A stretch of 64,000 nt of DNA, taken from NCBI GenBank assembly GCA_017857595.1, contig JAFMCU010000001.1, forward strand, positions 10,497 through 74,496, written 5' to 3'. A model generated the notes under the pieces. The model was not told where the DNA came from and searched no databases. It saw nothing but the letters and a program-made list of their open reading frames with translations. This DNA is from Thermoprotei archaeon. GTDB lineage: Archaea > Thermoproteota > Thermoprotei > Gearchaeales > Gearchaeaceae. Below, one piece after another: positions 19,525-29,013 of this stretch (within the stretch, counting starts at the first letter, position 1; the number at the start of each line of letters is the position of its first letter). A program made the translations under genes and the position numbers.

Positions 19525-20097
19525 TTAAACACCAAATAGAGCAATCCTTGCCATTATTAGTATTATTATCAATTGAAATATTGCTTGAGAACCAGCTAGT
19601 TTTAAGTTAATATTATTTAATTTGACTATCTTATTATTATCTGGTTTTTCTTTATTTAACTCAAGAAATATCCTAACTTCATTAGGAAGCAAAATTCCAA
19701 ATCCTTGAACTGATAGTATTATCACAACAATGCCTGCAGCAATTATCCAAGGTGAATTAATATTGAAATAACCAATCTTATTCGCTAAAAAATATCCAGC
19801 AGTTATTGCTACGCTTGCTAATGATGGCATGAAGAATACCATAGCTGGAGTTAACCTCTTAGCCATTTCAATTCTTGCTTCAATGTTTAAAGAAAGCATT
19901 ATTCTTGTCATTAAAACTCCCATAAATATATCAATACCAGTCCAGCTTCCACCAGTTATTACGTGTACATAATTTAACAACCATAAGTTGTTAATCAGCA
20001 ACGCAATAATTAATACAATTATTGGTATAATTGCTACTATTAAACTAACGAGCATTAATCTTTTTGCATATTCGGGGAGTCTACTTTTATTTTGCAT
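19525..20097 (-). CDS. integral membrane protein, unknown function
   Basis: 190 aa with about 5 hydrophobic helices and no recognisable motif. Confidence 0.5.
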   Translation of the reverse strand: MQNKSRLPEYAKRLMLVSLIVAIIPIIVLIIALLINNLWLLNYVHVITGGSWTGIDIFMGVLMTRIMLSLNIEARIEMAKRLTPAMVFFMPSLASVAITAGYFLANKIGYFNINSPWIIAAGIVVIILSVQGFGILLPNEVRIFLELNKEKPDNNKIVKLNNINLKLAGSQAIFQLIIILIMARIALFGV

Positions 20098-20164
20098 GTA
20101 TTATAATGTAGGCTTGATTTATTAAATTTAGATAAATTTAATAAACGAAAGTAGTTTTTATTCT

Positions 20165-20857
20165 ATGGCAAAATTTGAAATTTTAGGTAATGACTTACAA
20201 TATATAAAAGTCGAGCTTTTGGAAAATGAAAAAGTATACGGTGATGCAGGTCACTTATTAATGAAATCTAAAACTGTTACTCTTCAAGCTAGGGCGAAGG
20301 GTGGTTTTTTAAGCGCAATAAAAAGAGAGCTAACTGGCGCTTCTTTTTTTGTTAATGAGTTAATAGGTCCCGGAATTGCAATTTTTGCAGGAATATTTCC
20401 AGGTAAAATTGTAAACATAAATCTAAATAATAATGTAATATTAGCAGAATCTCATTCTTTCTTGTTAGCTGAAGATACTGTTCAATATGATGCACAACTA
20501 GCAAAATTATCTGTTGGTATTTTGGGCGGTGAGGGAATATTTCTCGCGAAATTATATGGCATTGGTAATCTTTTTCTTCATTCGTACGGAGCATTGTATC
20601 ATACTTATTTAAATCACGGTGAAAAAATTCAAGTTGAAGCTACCCATTTACTAGCTTTCGATGGTAATATGAATTATTCAATATCGAGAGTAGGAAATAT
20701 AACTACTATGTTATTTGGAGGTGAAGGATTATTCTTCGTTGAATTGGAAGGTCCTGGTAATGTGTGGTTACATTCGATTACTGCACAACAACTTGCTTAT
20801 GCTATTAGACCTTATTTACCTTCTGGTCAACAAGGAGGATTTACTGTAAGAATATAA
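20165..20857 (+). CDS. AIM24 / TIGR00266-family protein
   Basis: 230 aa. Repeated GGEG[IL]F...L.G.G motifs (GGEGIFLAKLYGIGNLFLHS and GGEGLFFVELEGPGNVWLHS) are typical of the AIM24/DUF124 family. Confidence 0.7.
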   Translation: MAKFEILGNDLQYIKVELLENEKVYGDAGHLLMKSKTVTLQARAKGGFLSAIKRELTGASFFVNELIGPGIAIFAGIFPGKIVNINLNNNVILAESHSFLLAEDTVQYDAQLAKLSVGILGGEGIFLAKLYGIGNLFLHSYGALYHTYLNHGEKIQVEATHLLAFDGNMNYSISRVGNITTMLFGGEGLFFVELEGPGNVWLHSITAQQLAYAIRPYLPSGQQGGFTVRI

Positions 20858-20861
20858 TTTT

Positions 20862-21830
20862 ATGGATAGAATATTTGCAAAATTTTGGAATGCAGCTATA
20901 GGCTTTTATACTGTATGGATTGCTTACTTAGGAATTAAATACGGAATTATAAATTCAATTTCTGTAAAAGAAAAAACAATCGATGAAATTTCTGAAGAAA
21001 ATAAACTAAATAAAAAGGCTGTTGAAATTTGGTGCAACACTGCTTATACTCTTTCTCTAATAGACATTGTAAGAAATAAATATAGATTAAAGGAAAATTT
21101 AAAAGAAATATTCGCTGATGAAAATTCAATAAGAAATATTGCAGGTTTGTATTCTTATATAACCATTCGAAGCTTAGATTATGCTGCATTTGATTCTTTT
21201 TTTAAAAAAGGAAAAGCTCAGAAAATTACTAAAAATTTGATTGAAGCATATTCGAAAGCGACTAATTTTGATCATCTATTTTTTACAAGATCTATATTAA
21301 CTAAAAATGTTGAGATCTATGATCTTCTACTAAAAGGTTGTAAAGTTCTTGATGTCGGATGCGGTTCAGGAGAATGGATATTTAAAATGAGTAATCTATT
21401 TCCAAACTCTACATTTATAGGAATTGATAAAGATGAAAACTCGATAAAAATAGCTTCAAGTAAGATTAAAAGTAAAAACGTGCATTTTTACAAAAAAGAT
21501 GCCAAAAATATTGATTATTTAAACGAATTTGAAATAGTAAACTTATGTGAAGTGCTTTGTGTAACAAAAAATAAAGAAAAAGTTTTGAGTGCTAGTTATA
21601 GAGCATTAAAAAAAGGGGGATATATGATAATAGTTGAAGGTCTTATTGAAAAGCCTAAAAGGGATTTAATAAATAAAATTCTTTATCCTATGCAATTGGA
21701 TATGGCTTTACAGGGAGGATCTTTTTTAAGTAAGAATGAGCTTATTAAACTTTTATCCAAATATTCATTAAAAACTGAATTCATTGATGCAGGCGGCGGT
21801 CTTTGGTTTATTTTATGTAAAAAGTATTAA
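20862..21830 (+). CDS. class I SAM-dependent methyltransferase with N-terminal helical domain
   Basis: 322 aa. SAM motif I VLDVGCGSGE is followed by GIDKDE. Starts 4 nt after the AIM24 gene. Confidence 0.75.
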   Translation: MDRIFAKFWNAAIGFYTVWIAYLGIKYGIINSISVKEKTIDEISEENKLNKKAVEIWCNTAYTLSLIDIVRNKYRLKENLKEIFADENSIRNIAGLYSYITIRSLDYAAFDSFFKKGKAQKITKNLIEAYSKATNFDHLFFTRSILTKNVEIYDLLLKGCKVLDVGCGSGEWIFKMSNLFPNSTFIGIDKDENSIKIASSKIKSKNVHFYKKDAKNIDYLNEFEIVNLCEVLCVTKNKEKVLSASYRALKKGGYMIIVEGLIEKPKRDLINKILYPMQLDMALQGGSFLSKNELIKLLSKYSLKTEFIDAGGGLWFILCKKY

Positions 21831-21831
21831 A

Positions 21832-22743
21832 CTACTGTATTTGTTCTTTTATAATTGGGCATATTTTTTCGCAAAATAACTTAATTTGTTCGAATTTTTC
21901 TTTAGATGTGGGCCAAAATATGAATGAATTCATGTTCAAATCCTTATAGAATTTAATGATTAACTCAATCCACTCTTCAGTACTTGCATGTATTAAATTA
22001 TCGGAATCTATATATGGTCCTTGATTTTCTTTAGTAATTTCTCCAGCTAAATTGTAATTTCTAATAATATCATTTAATTTCCTTCCGTTATTCAAGCAAG
22101 CTTTCTCTAATATTTTAATTTTCTCCTTTATTTCCTCCGGTGAAACGTAAAACATAGAAATTGTCCAACCTTCTGCCAATTTGCCCGTCAATTCTAGCAT
22201 TCTTTTTCCATTAGCTCCTAACCAAATTCCTATCTTATGATGGGGAAAGGGTCCTGGATATGCGTTTTGTAATCTATAATATTTCCCTATAAAGCTCACC
22301 GTTTTTGTTTTAACGTTTAACCCCCAAATCAATCTTATTACAATAATAGCTTCTTCTAGAGCTTCAATTGCTTCACGTAGATTCCTTTTTGGACCTCCAT
22401 AATTTTCTACTGCTTTAAGATTTGCACCAGCACCTAAACCAAGCTCAATTCTACCCTTTGTTAATATATCTAGCGTCGCTATAGATTTTGCTAAAACTGT
22501 TGGTAATCTTAGAGGCAAATTAGCTACATTAGGAATAAACTTAATTCTTTTTGTTTTAGCAGATAAATATGAAATTAAAGTTAACGTATCAAAGAAAAAT
22601 CCTATATAAGGATGATCTTGAATACCTATTAAGTCAACATTATTGTTATCAGCTATCTCAGTGACTTTAAAAGCTTCATTTAATTCCGTAACGTTTGGAT
22701 CTATATTAATTCCTAAAAGTATCTTTGATTCGAGTTCATTCAT
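21832..22743 (-). CDS. LLM-class (luciferase-like) flavin/F420-dependent oxidoreductase
   Basis: 303 aa. D.LGIQDH ... LAKSIATLDILTKGRIELGLGAG is the LLM pattern. Confidence 0.75.
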   Translation of the reverse strand: MNELESKILLGINIDPNVTELNEAFKVTEIADNNNVDLIGIQDHPYIGFFFDTLTLISYLSAKTKRIKFIPNVANLPLRLPTVLAKSIATLDILTKGRIELGLGAGANLKAVENYGGPKRNLREAIEALEEAIIVIRLIWGLNVKTKTVSFIGKYYRLQNAYPGPFPHHKIGIWLGANGKRMLELTGKLAEGWTISMFYVSPEEIKEKIKILEKACLNNGRKLNDIIRNYNLAGEITKENQGPYIDSDNLIHASTEEWIELIIKFYKDLNMNSFIFWPTSKEKFEQIKLFCEKICPIIKEQIQ

Positions 22744-22785
22744 AAAATAATAGTTTTTATTATAAAATTTATTCTGTAGATTAAA

Positions 22786-23694
22786 TTAGATAAAGTAAGG
22801 AATAACATGCTCACCAAATATTTCAAGATCATCGGTTTCTGGAAAGTTATTAAATGCTAATGTGAATCTTTCAACTCCAAGTTTTATGTAGCTTTCTACT
22901 ATTTTAATGCAATCTTCCGGTTTTCCTTTTATACAAGATTTGACAACGTCATGATTCTCATCGACCATTCTAATTTGAATGTATTTTTTATATTTTTTCT
23001 TCAAATCTTCATCATTCATTGCCACTACAACATCAAGTTCAATTGACTTTTCTATATTTTTTCTACCAATTTCACTACAAATCTTTTCAAATTTTTCAGA
23101 AATGATTTCATATTTATTTAGCGGCAAATAAGAAGCTTCCCATACATTTGCATGTTTTGCAGCTAACCTTAGCATGTTAATGTTCATCGCTGAAATGTGC
23201 AATTCAGGATATGGCTTCTGCAAAGGTTTAGGAATGCATTTCGCATTCTTTATTTTAAAATATTTCCCCTTATAATTAACATTATCCATTTCGAAAAGCA
23301 ATTTTAAAATTTCTATACCTTCATCTAATTGTTCAATTCTTTCAATCGAACTTGGATAGGGGATTCCGTAAGATTCCCAGTAATACTTTCCAGCTTGGGT
23401 ACCAGCGCCAAATCTTAAATCTAACCTTCCGTTTGAGATTATATCTAATGATGCAACTAATTTTGCAATAAATGCAGGCTCCCTGTATCCTTTAATTATA
23501 TAGCTTACAACTGAGCCTAGCCTTATTTTGTTTGTTTTCGAGGCTAAATAGGATAAAATAACCGTGTTATCCATTATCCAATCAAATGGCCCTTCACCAT
23601 AATATATTGCATGAAAATTGTATTTCTCACAAAAATTGGCAAATTTAATAATATTTTTTAAACTAGTCCCCCAAATCTGAACACAAAATTTCAC
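22786..23694 (-). CDS. LLM-class flavin/F420-dependent oxidoreductase
   Basis: 302 aa. LVASLDIISNGRLDLRFGAG is the LLM pattern. Confidence 0.75.
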   Translation of the reverse strand: MKFCVQIWGTSLKNIIKFANFCEKYNFHAIYYGEGPFDWIMDNTVILSYLASKTNKIRLGSVVSYIIKGYREPAFIAKLVASLDIISNGRLDLRFGAGTQAGKYYWESYGIPYPSSIERIEQLDEGIEILKLLFEMDNVNYKGKYFKIKNAKCIPKPLQKPYPELHISAMNINMLRLAAKHANVWEASYLPLNKYEIISEKFEKICSEIGRKNIEKSIELDVVVAMNDEDLKKKYKKYIQIRMVDENHDVVKSCIKGKPEDCIKIVESYIKLGVERFTLAFNNFPETDDLEIFGEHVIPYFI

Positions 23695-23720
23695 AAAAAA
23701 ATAAATTGTTTTTGTGTTAT

Positions 23721-24218
23721 TTAATCTTCTGTATCGTTATCTTCTCCAGCTGGATGGAAAACTATTAATGGTTCGTTTTCAACGTGTTCTGACTTTGGAT
23801 GATTGGATACTACGTAATGTATTGTAACTAAAACTGTATAAGTTCCATTTTGTAAATAAAGTGTTGCTCTTTTATCGTTTAATGACAGATTCAATATATG
23901 GTTTGCTATATTTATCGTTACATTGAAAGAACTAAAGACTTTGCTGAGCTTTTCAACTTCTTCCAATTTAAATGTGTAATTCCCAGACTTATCAACCTTT
24001 ACTGTAGCGTTCGCTGTTACTGTTCCTGATGCTCCTGGATTAAGGTTGCCTAGGTTAATGTGTGCAGCAACAACTTGCTCATTACTCGTGCCGGTAACGC
24101 TGTAGCTTATGTAAGCTAGAGGTCCGTATCCTGATGCAGCCATGGCAACTGTTGCTCCTCCGAATACTGAAAGTAGTACTATAGCAACTATTGCAGTCTT
24201 GCTTTCTATTAAAGCCAT
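23721..24218 (-). CDS. secreted or membrane-anchored protein, unknown function
   Basis: 165 aa. N-terminal hydrophobic segment TAIVAIVLLSVFGGATVAMAA, several N-x-S/T sequons and an acidic C-terminal tail. Confidence 0.5.
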   Translation of the reverse strand: MALIESKTAIVAIVLLSVFGGATVAMAASGYGPLAYISYSVTGTSNEQVVAAHINLGNLNPGASGTVTANATVKVDKSGNYTFKLEEVEKLSKVFSSFNVTINIANHILNLSLNDKRATLYLQNGTYTVLVTIHYVVSNHPKSEHVENEPLIVFHPAGEDNDTED

Positions 24219-24344
24219 GATTTAACTTATGGATATAATTATTATTACTATAAGCTTTCGAACAAAGAATAAAATTTTTTGAACATTTATTTCACGCGTA
24301 AAATTTAATTTTTTCCTTAAATACCATAACGATGTTATAAAATT

Positions 24345-25955
24345 TTGAGTATCGTTATGGGATACAAAATTATTCTTACAGCTGATCAAGGATCTTTTAC
24401 AGATTATAGTGGTGATAGTGTACTTGGATATGTGGCTTGCATGCCTTATAGACTTATACCTAGATTATTTATGGAAAAATTCTTTACGCCTAAGATAAAA
24501 TATTATGATGATTACAGAGCATATATAGCACCTTATCCATTAAGGAAGATTGAATCATCTCTTCTTCATCATGGATATACTGAAGATGATGTTGCTGTAA
24601 TACCTCCGCATGTAATAAAGAAAGTTGTTGATAATCATACAAGAGTATTAGGAATTTCTGCTCATGATCCTTTTGGACTTAATCCTGTAAGCTATAAATT
24701 GTCTATGCTATTTGGTGGCGGGCAAACATGGACTGCAAAATTTTTTGAAGAATTAGGAGAAGCCGTATCGAGTTTAAAGAAAAAATATAATTTTAAGGTT
24801 ATAGTTGGCGGGCCTGGAGCATGGGAAATGCAAAGATATAAACCTGATTGGGTTGATACAGTATTCCTTGGTCATGCAGAATTGGATTTTCCTATTCTTG
24901 TTGATAAAATAATTAAAGGAGATAATTCACCTAGCTTTGTAATAGGTAAAGATCCTAAAGCGGATCAAATACCTCCAATAATCCATCCTGCAAGATTAGG
25001 TGAAGTTCAAATAACGAGAGGATGCCCTAGAGGATGCTGGTTCTGTTCAATTACTCCTGAAACTTTTTTATCAATACCTATTGAAACAATAAAGAAAGAA
25101 GTGGCAATTAACTTAAGCACAGGTTTTAAGAATATAGAATTTATAACCGACGATGTTATGCTTTATGGCTCTAATAAACTAAAGGTAAATCACGATGCAT
25201 TGGTTAGGCTTTTTACAGAAATTAGAAAAATGGGCGTTAATAAAATATCTTGGCCCCATATTTCTTCTCCACCAGTCAAAGAAAGTCCAAAAACTGTTAA
25301 AGCTATATCTGAAATTGCTAATTATTCTGAAGATAATGGAAATGCCCCAGTAGTAGGTCTTGAAACTGGAAGTGAGAAAATTTTCAATAAATATATGCAT
25401 GCTAAAGCATTCCCTTGGACAGCCAAAGATTGGAAAAATGTGACGATAGATGCTACAACGATAATGAATGAGAGTTATATATATCCATGTTATACAATGA
25501 CGATAGGTTATCCTGAAGAAACCGATGAGGATGTTAAACAAAGTATTGACCTTGTACAATCAATAATCGACCATGATTTAATCGCATGGATATTTCCATT
25601 ACCCGTTATTCCAATGGGTACAACTAGAATAAAGAAAAATCCATTCCCAGTCATTAAAGGGTTGCCTAGCCTGTATTGGGACTTATTATATATAAGCTGG
25701 AAATATAGTTTAAAAACTACTAGAAGATTAATACCCACGTTGACAAAAGGTTTAAAGAATGCTATGATAAGCAAAGTCGTTAGATTAATGATTGATAAAA
25801 TATTCGATAACATTGAATGGGTTTTCTATGAATTGAAAAAAACTAAAGGAATTTATTCTTTCAACTTTTCAAATATAAATTTGAACAACACTTTAGGTGT
25901 TATAAAATCTATTTATTGGCTTTTTAAGATATCAGCTATTAAGAGGTTAAATTAA
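24345..25955 (+). CDS. B12-binding-domain radical SAM protein
   Basis: 536 aa. CPRGCWFC is the CxxxCxxC radical SAM motif, preceded by a Rossmann-like (B12-type) domain (VLGISAHDP, KVIVGGPGA). The ORF-track start is TTG; an ATG at 24357 (MGYKI) is the more likely start. Confidence 0.75.
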   Translation: MSIVMGYKIILTADQGSFTDYSGDSVLGYVACMPYRLIPRLFMEKFFTPKIKYYDDYRAYIAPYPLRKIESSLLHHGYTEDDVAVIPPHVIKKVVDNHTRVLGISAHDPFGLNPVSYKLSMLFGGGQTWTAKFFEELGEAVSSLKKKYNFKVIVGGPGAWEMQRYKPDWVDTVFLGHAELDFPILVDKIIKGDNSPSFVIGKDPKADQIPPIIHPARLGEVQITRGCPRGCWFCSITPETFLSIPIETIKKEVAINLSTGFKNIEFITDDVMLYGSNKLKVNHDALVRLFTEIRKMGVNKISWPHISSPPVKESPKTVKAISEIANYSEDNGNAPVVGLETGSEKIFNKYMHAKAFPWTAKDWKNVTIDATTIMNESYIYPCYTMTIGYPEETDEDVKQSIDLVQSIIDHDLIAWIFPLPVIPMGTTRIKKNPFPVIKGLPSLYWDLLYISWKYSLKTTRRLIPTLTKGLKNAMISKVVRLMIDKIFDNIEWVFYELKKTKGIYSFNFSNINLNNTLGVIKSIYWLFKISAIKRLN

Positions 25956-26804
25956 ATGGAATATAAGATATTTGGTAAAACGGGCTTTAAAGTATCTTCT
26001 ATAGGCATGGGAACATATTATGATTTTAGTTACATCATTGTATCAAGAATATTTGGAATTAAAATGCATAGGGAACGTTCAATTGCAGCCTTAAGACTTG
26101 GTTTGGAGAACGGCATTAATCTAATTGACACTGCTGAAATCTATGAAACTGAACCTTTAGTAGCTGAAGCTATAAAAGGATATAAAAGAGACGAAATTTT
26201 CATAGCTACAAAAGTATGGCCTACGCATTTAAGATATAACAATGTAATTAAGGCATGCGAAAATAGTTTAAAAAGATTGCAAACAAACTATATTGATCTT
26301 TATCAAATACATTGGTATAATCCTAGAGTCCCTTTGGAAGAAACGATGAAAGCAATGGAATACTTAGTAGACGTTGGAAAAATAAGATATATTGGCATAA
26401 GTAATTTTAATCTCGAGCAAACAATAAGAGCTCAAAATAGTTTGAAAAAATATGACCTTGTATCAACACAGATGCGCTACAATTTATTGGAAAGAAACAT
26501 AGAAAAAGATATTTTGCCTTACTGTATAAAAAACAATATAGCAATTCTAGCTTATTATCCATTAGCACACGGTAAGTTATCCAAATTATCGCCAAATTAC
26601 GAAAACATATTTAAAGAGATTCAGAAAAAATATGGAAATAAAACTCCTGCACAGATAGCTTTGAATTGGTTGCTTTCTAAGCATGATATAGTTTTTCCAA
26701 TTCCAAGAGCTTCCAATCCAGTACATGTAAAAGAAAATTTAGAAGCAGCAGGTTGGAGATTAAGCAAGGAAGATCTTGTACTCTTAGATGAAATTACATT
26801 TTAA
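25956..26804 (+). CDS. aldo/keto reductase
   Basis: 282 aa. Catalytic tetrad context DTAEIYE, ATKVW and LYQIHW, plus GISNF. Starts directly after the radical SAM stop. Confidence 0.9.
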   Translation: MEYKIFGKTGFKVSSIGMGTYYDFSYIIVSRIFGIKMHRERSIAALRLGLENGINLIDTAEIYETEPLVAEAIKGYKRDEIFIATKVWPTHLRYNNVIKACENSLKRLQTNYIDLYQIHWYNPRVPLEETMKAMEYLVDVGKIRYIGISNFNLEQTIRAQNSLKKYDLVSTQMRYNLLERNIEKDILPYCIKNNIAILAYYPLAHGKLSKLSPNYENIFKEIQKKYGNKTPAQIALNWLLSKHDIVFPIPRASNPVHVKENLEAAGWRLSKEDLVLLDEITF

Positions 26805-26827
26805 TTTATATCAACTAATTAAATATT

Positions 26828-27715
26828 ATGAGCCTTAAAGAGATTATAATGTCTATAAGACCATGGAGTCTAATTATAAGCTTAATATCTGTTTCCGCAG
26901 GATTCGCTTTCGCTTTCTACGAAGGTTATTCCTTTAATCCTTTATTATATATTTTAACTTTGGTAGGTGCAGTTTGTGCTCAATCTGCTGTCAATGTTAT
27001 AAACGATTATTTTGATACAATCTATGGAATTGATAAACCTGATACTCCTACAGTAAAATACAGACCACATTTAGTAGTTCAAGGAATATTTAAACCAATT
27101 CAATTGATTTACATGACACTTGGCTTTATTGTCATTGGAATGGTTACAGCGGTGGTTCTATTTTTACTCTCGAGACCATTAGTATTGGCATTTGGAGCTT
27201 TAGGCATCCTTCTAATTTATGCATGGTCAGGCCCTCCATTTAAACTTAAATATGTTGGATTAGCGGAATTTGAGAATTTCTTAGTATTTGGACCTGTGAT
27301 TGTTGTTGCTTCATATTATGTTCAAGCTGGTACAATTTCTCCACTAATATTATTAGCTTCATTACCTTTTGGATTTTCTGAAGCTGTTGTTGACTTTGCA
27401 AACAATTTAAGAGATATTGATTTTGACAAAAAAGCGAATATAAAAACAATACCTGCAATGTTAGGAAAAGAAAAAGCTCTTAAAGTTTACTCAGCGTTAT
27501 TATTTGTTCCAAATGTATTAGTTGTTTTGTTTGTAATACTAGGAATTTTTAAGCCAATATCATTGATCACTTTGTTATCGATCCCGCTAGCTTTGAAACT
27601 TATTAAAGAATTTAAAAAAGAAGTTCCATTAATGGCCGATGCAAAGACTTCATCTCATAATACACTTTTCTCATTCTTATTGATAATAAGCTTTATATTG
27701 GCAGTTTTTATCTAA
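26828..27715 (+). CDS. UbiA-superfamily prenyltransferase, MenA-like
   Basis: 295 aa. RPWSL N-terminus, NDYFD aspartate-rich motif, GLAEFENFLVFGP, NNLRDIDFDKKANIKT second motif, about 8 TM helices. Confidence 0.8.
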   Translation: MSLKEIIMSIRPWSLIISLISVSAGFAFAFYEGYSFNPLLYILTLVGAVCAQSAVNVINDYFDTIYGIDKPDTPTVKYRPHLVVQGIFKPIQLIYMTLGFIVIGMVTAVVLFLLSRPLVLAFGALGILLIYAWSGPPFKLKYVGLAEFENFLVFGPVIVVASYYVQAGTISPLILLASLPFGFSEAVVDFANNLRDIDFDKKANIKTIPAMLGKEKALKVYSALLFVPNVLVVLFVILGIFKPISLITLLSIPLALKLIKEFKKEVPLMADAKTSSHNTLFSFLLIISFILAVFI

Positions 27716-28938
27716 ACAAAATTCTTTAGATCAACATTTTTATCGCTTAACAAATCTGGATTTTCAATTATTTTCTTGTTTTGAATAATTTTCCTTGCAT
27801 ATTCTGTTTCTTTAAATGTATTTACACCTAAAACAGCTATCATTTGACCTTTTTTGAAATAAAATTGTAGAAATCCTTTTTCAACGTTCAATTCTCCTCT
27901 TTTAACTACATAATCGTATCCTTTTATCATTCCCCATGAGTATATATTCAAATTGTACATATAGGAAAAGAAATAAGGCAGCTCTGTATATGAAGCTTTT
28001 AAACCTGCCATGTTTGATCCTGCTATTTTTCCATGTCTAACTGCAACATCATAATGTTCCACTCTCATATTCGTTTCATAGAGAGGATGGTAAAAGTTAG
28101 CAACATCACCAACTGCAAATACATTCTCATAGTTTGTTTTAAGACTCTCATTTACAATTATGCCATTGTTTATATTGATGCCTGCTTTTTCAGCAAGCTC
28201 AGTATTGATTTTTATTCCTATACCCACAACAAATATATCGCCGTTTATAATTTTTCCTGTTTCTGTTTCTACAGCTATTGCTTTATTTTCCTTTGTTATA
28301 AATTGTTTTACAGACGTGCCAGTTATAATATTGATACCCATCTTTCTGAAATACTCTTCTATCAATTTCGCTGTTTCCTCGTCCAAAGCTAATGTTAAAA
28401 TACTATTTGCTTTTTCTATTATAGTAACATCCAATCCAATCTTTTTTAGCGATGAAGCTATTTCGCATCCAATAAAGCCTCCACCAATTATCACAGCTTT
28501 TTTTGAATTTATCGCGGCGCTTCTAATTTTTTCACTATCTTCTATATTCCTAAGATAAAATACATTGTCTTTATTCGAACCTTCTATGTTTAATTTTCTT
28601 GGATAACCGCCTGTAGCTATTAATAATTTACCAAATTTGATTTCAGTATTATCTTCAAGAACAGCAATATTATTTTTAATTTCTAAATCAATTACTTTTT
28701 TACCAGTCAGAATTTCTATCTTATTTTTTTCATAAAAATCAGGCTTTCTAATAAACAAGCTTTCTCTTTTAACTTTACCTTGTAAAAAATCCTTAGACAG
28801 CGGTACTCTGTCATAGGGTAAATGTTGCTCAGCTGTTATTATCAATACGCTTGAATTTAAATCGTTTTGTCTTAAAGCAATTGCAGCATAACCTCCTGCT
28901 AGTCCTCCACCAATGATTAAGTTATCTATATATTTCAT
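27712..28938 (-). CDS. FAD-dependent pyridine nucleotide-disulfide oxidoreductase (ferredoxin/rubredoxin-reductase-like)
   Basis: 408 aa. GGGLAGGYAA FAD fold, GGGFIGCEIA NAD fold and AVGDVA. Confidence 0.85.
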   Translation of the reverse strand: MKYIDNLIIGGGLAGGYAAIALRQNDLNSSVLIITAEQHLPYDRVPLSKDFLQGKVKRESLFIRKPDFYEKNKIEILTGKKVIDLEIKNNIAVLEDNTEIKFGKLLIATGGYPRKLNIEGSNKDNVFYLRNIEDSEKIRSAAINSKKAVIIGGGFIGCEIASSLKKIGLDVTIIEKANSILTLALDEETAKLIEEYFRKMGINIITGTSVKQFITKENKAIAVETETGKIINGDIFVVGIGIKINTELAEKAGININNGIIVNESLKTNYENVFAVGDVANFYHPLYETNMRVEHYDVAVRHGKIAGSNMAGLKASYTELPYFFSYMYNLNIYSWGMIKGYDYVVKRGELNVEKGFLQFYFKKGQMIAVLGVNTFKETEYARKIIQNKKIIENPDLLSDKNVDLKNFV

Positions 28939-29013
28939 TGAAAGATAAATGATTTATAAAGCATAAAATAATTGCATAATTTTTATTTCTAGTCAATTAC
29001 TATTTACAATATT

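Noticed and set aside
25179-25813. Minus-strand ORFs of 126 and 101 aa inside the radical SAM gene
   Set aside because: They are antisense to a gene with a clear CxxxCxxC motif and domain structure, and their translations have an odd composition with no start context. Spurious.
28033-28558. Two plus-strand ORFs of 119 and 132 aa (28033-28392 and 28160-28558)
   Set aside because: They lie entirely antisense inside the well-supported FAD-dependent oxidoreductase gene (27712-28938). Their products are low-complexity and Phe/Ile/Ser-rich with no motifs. They are typical shadow ORFs.
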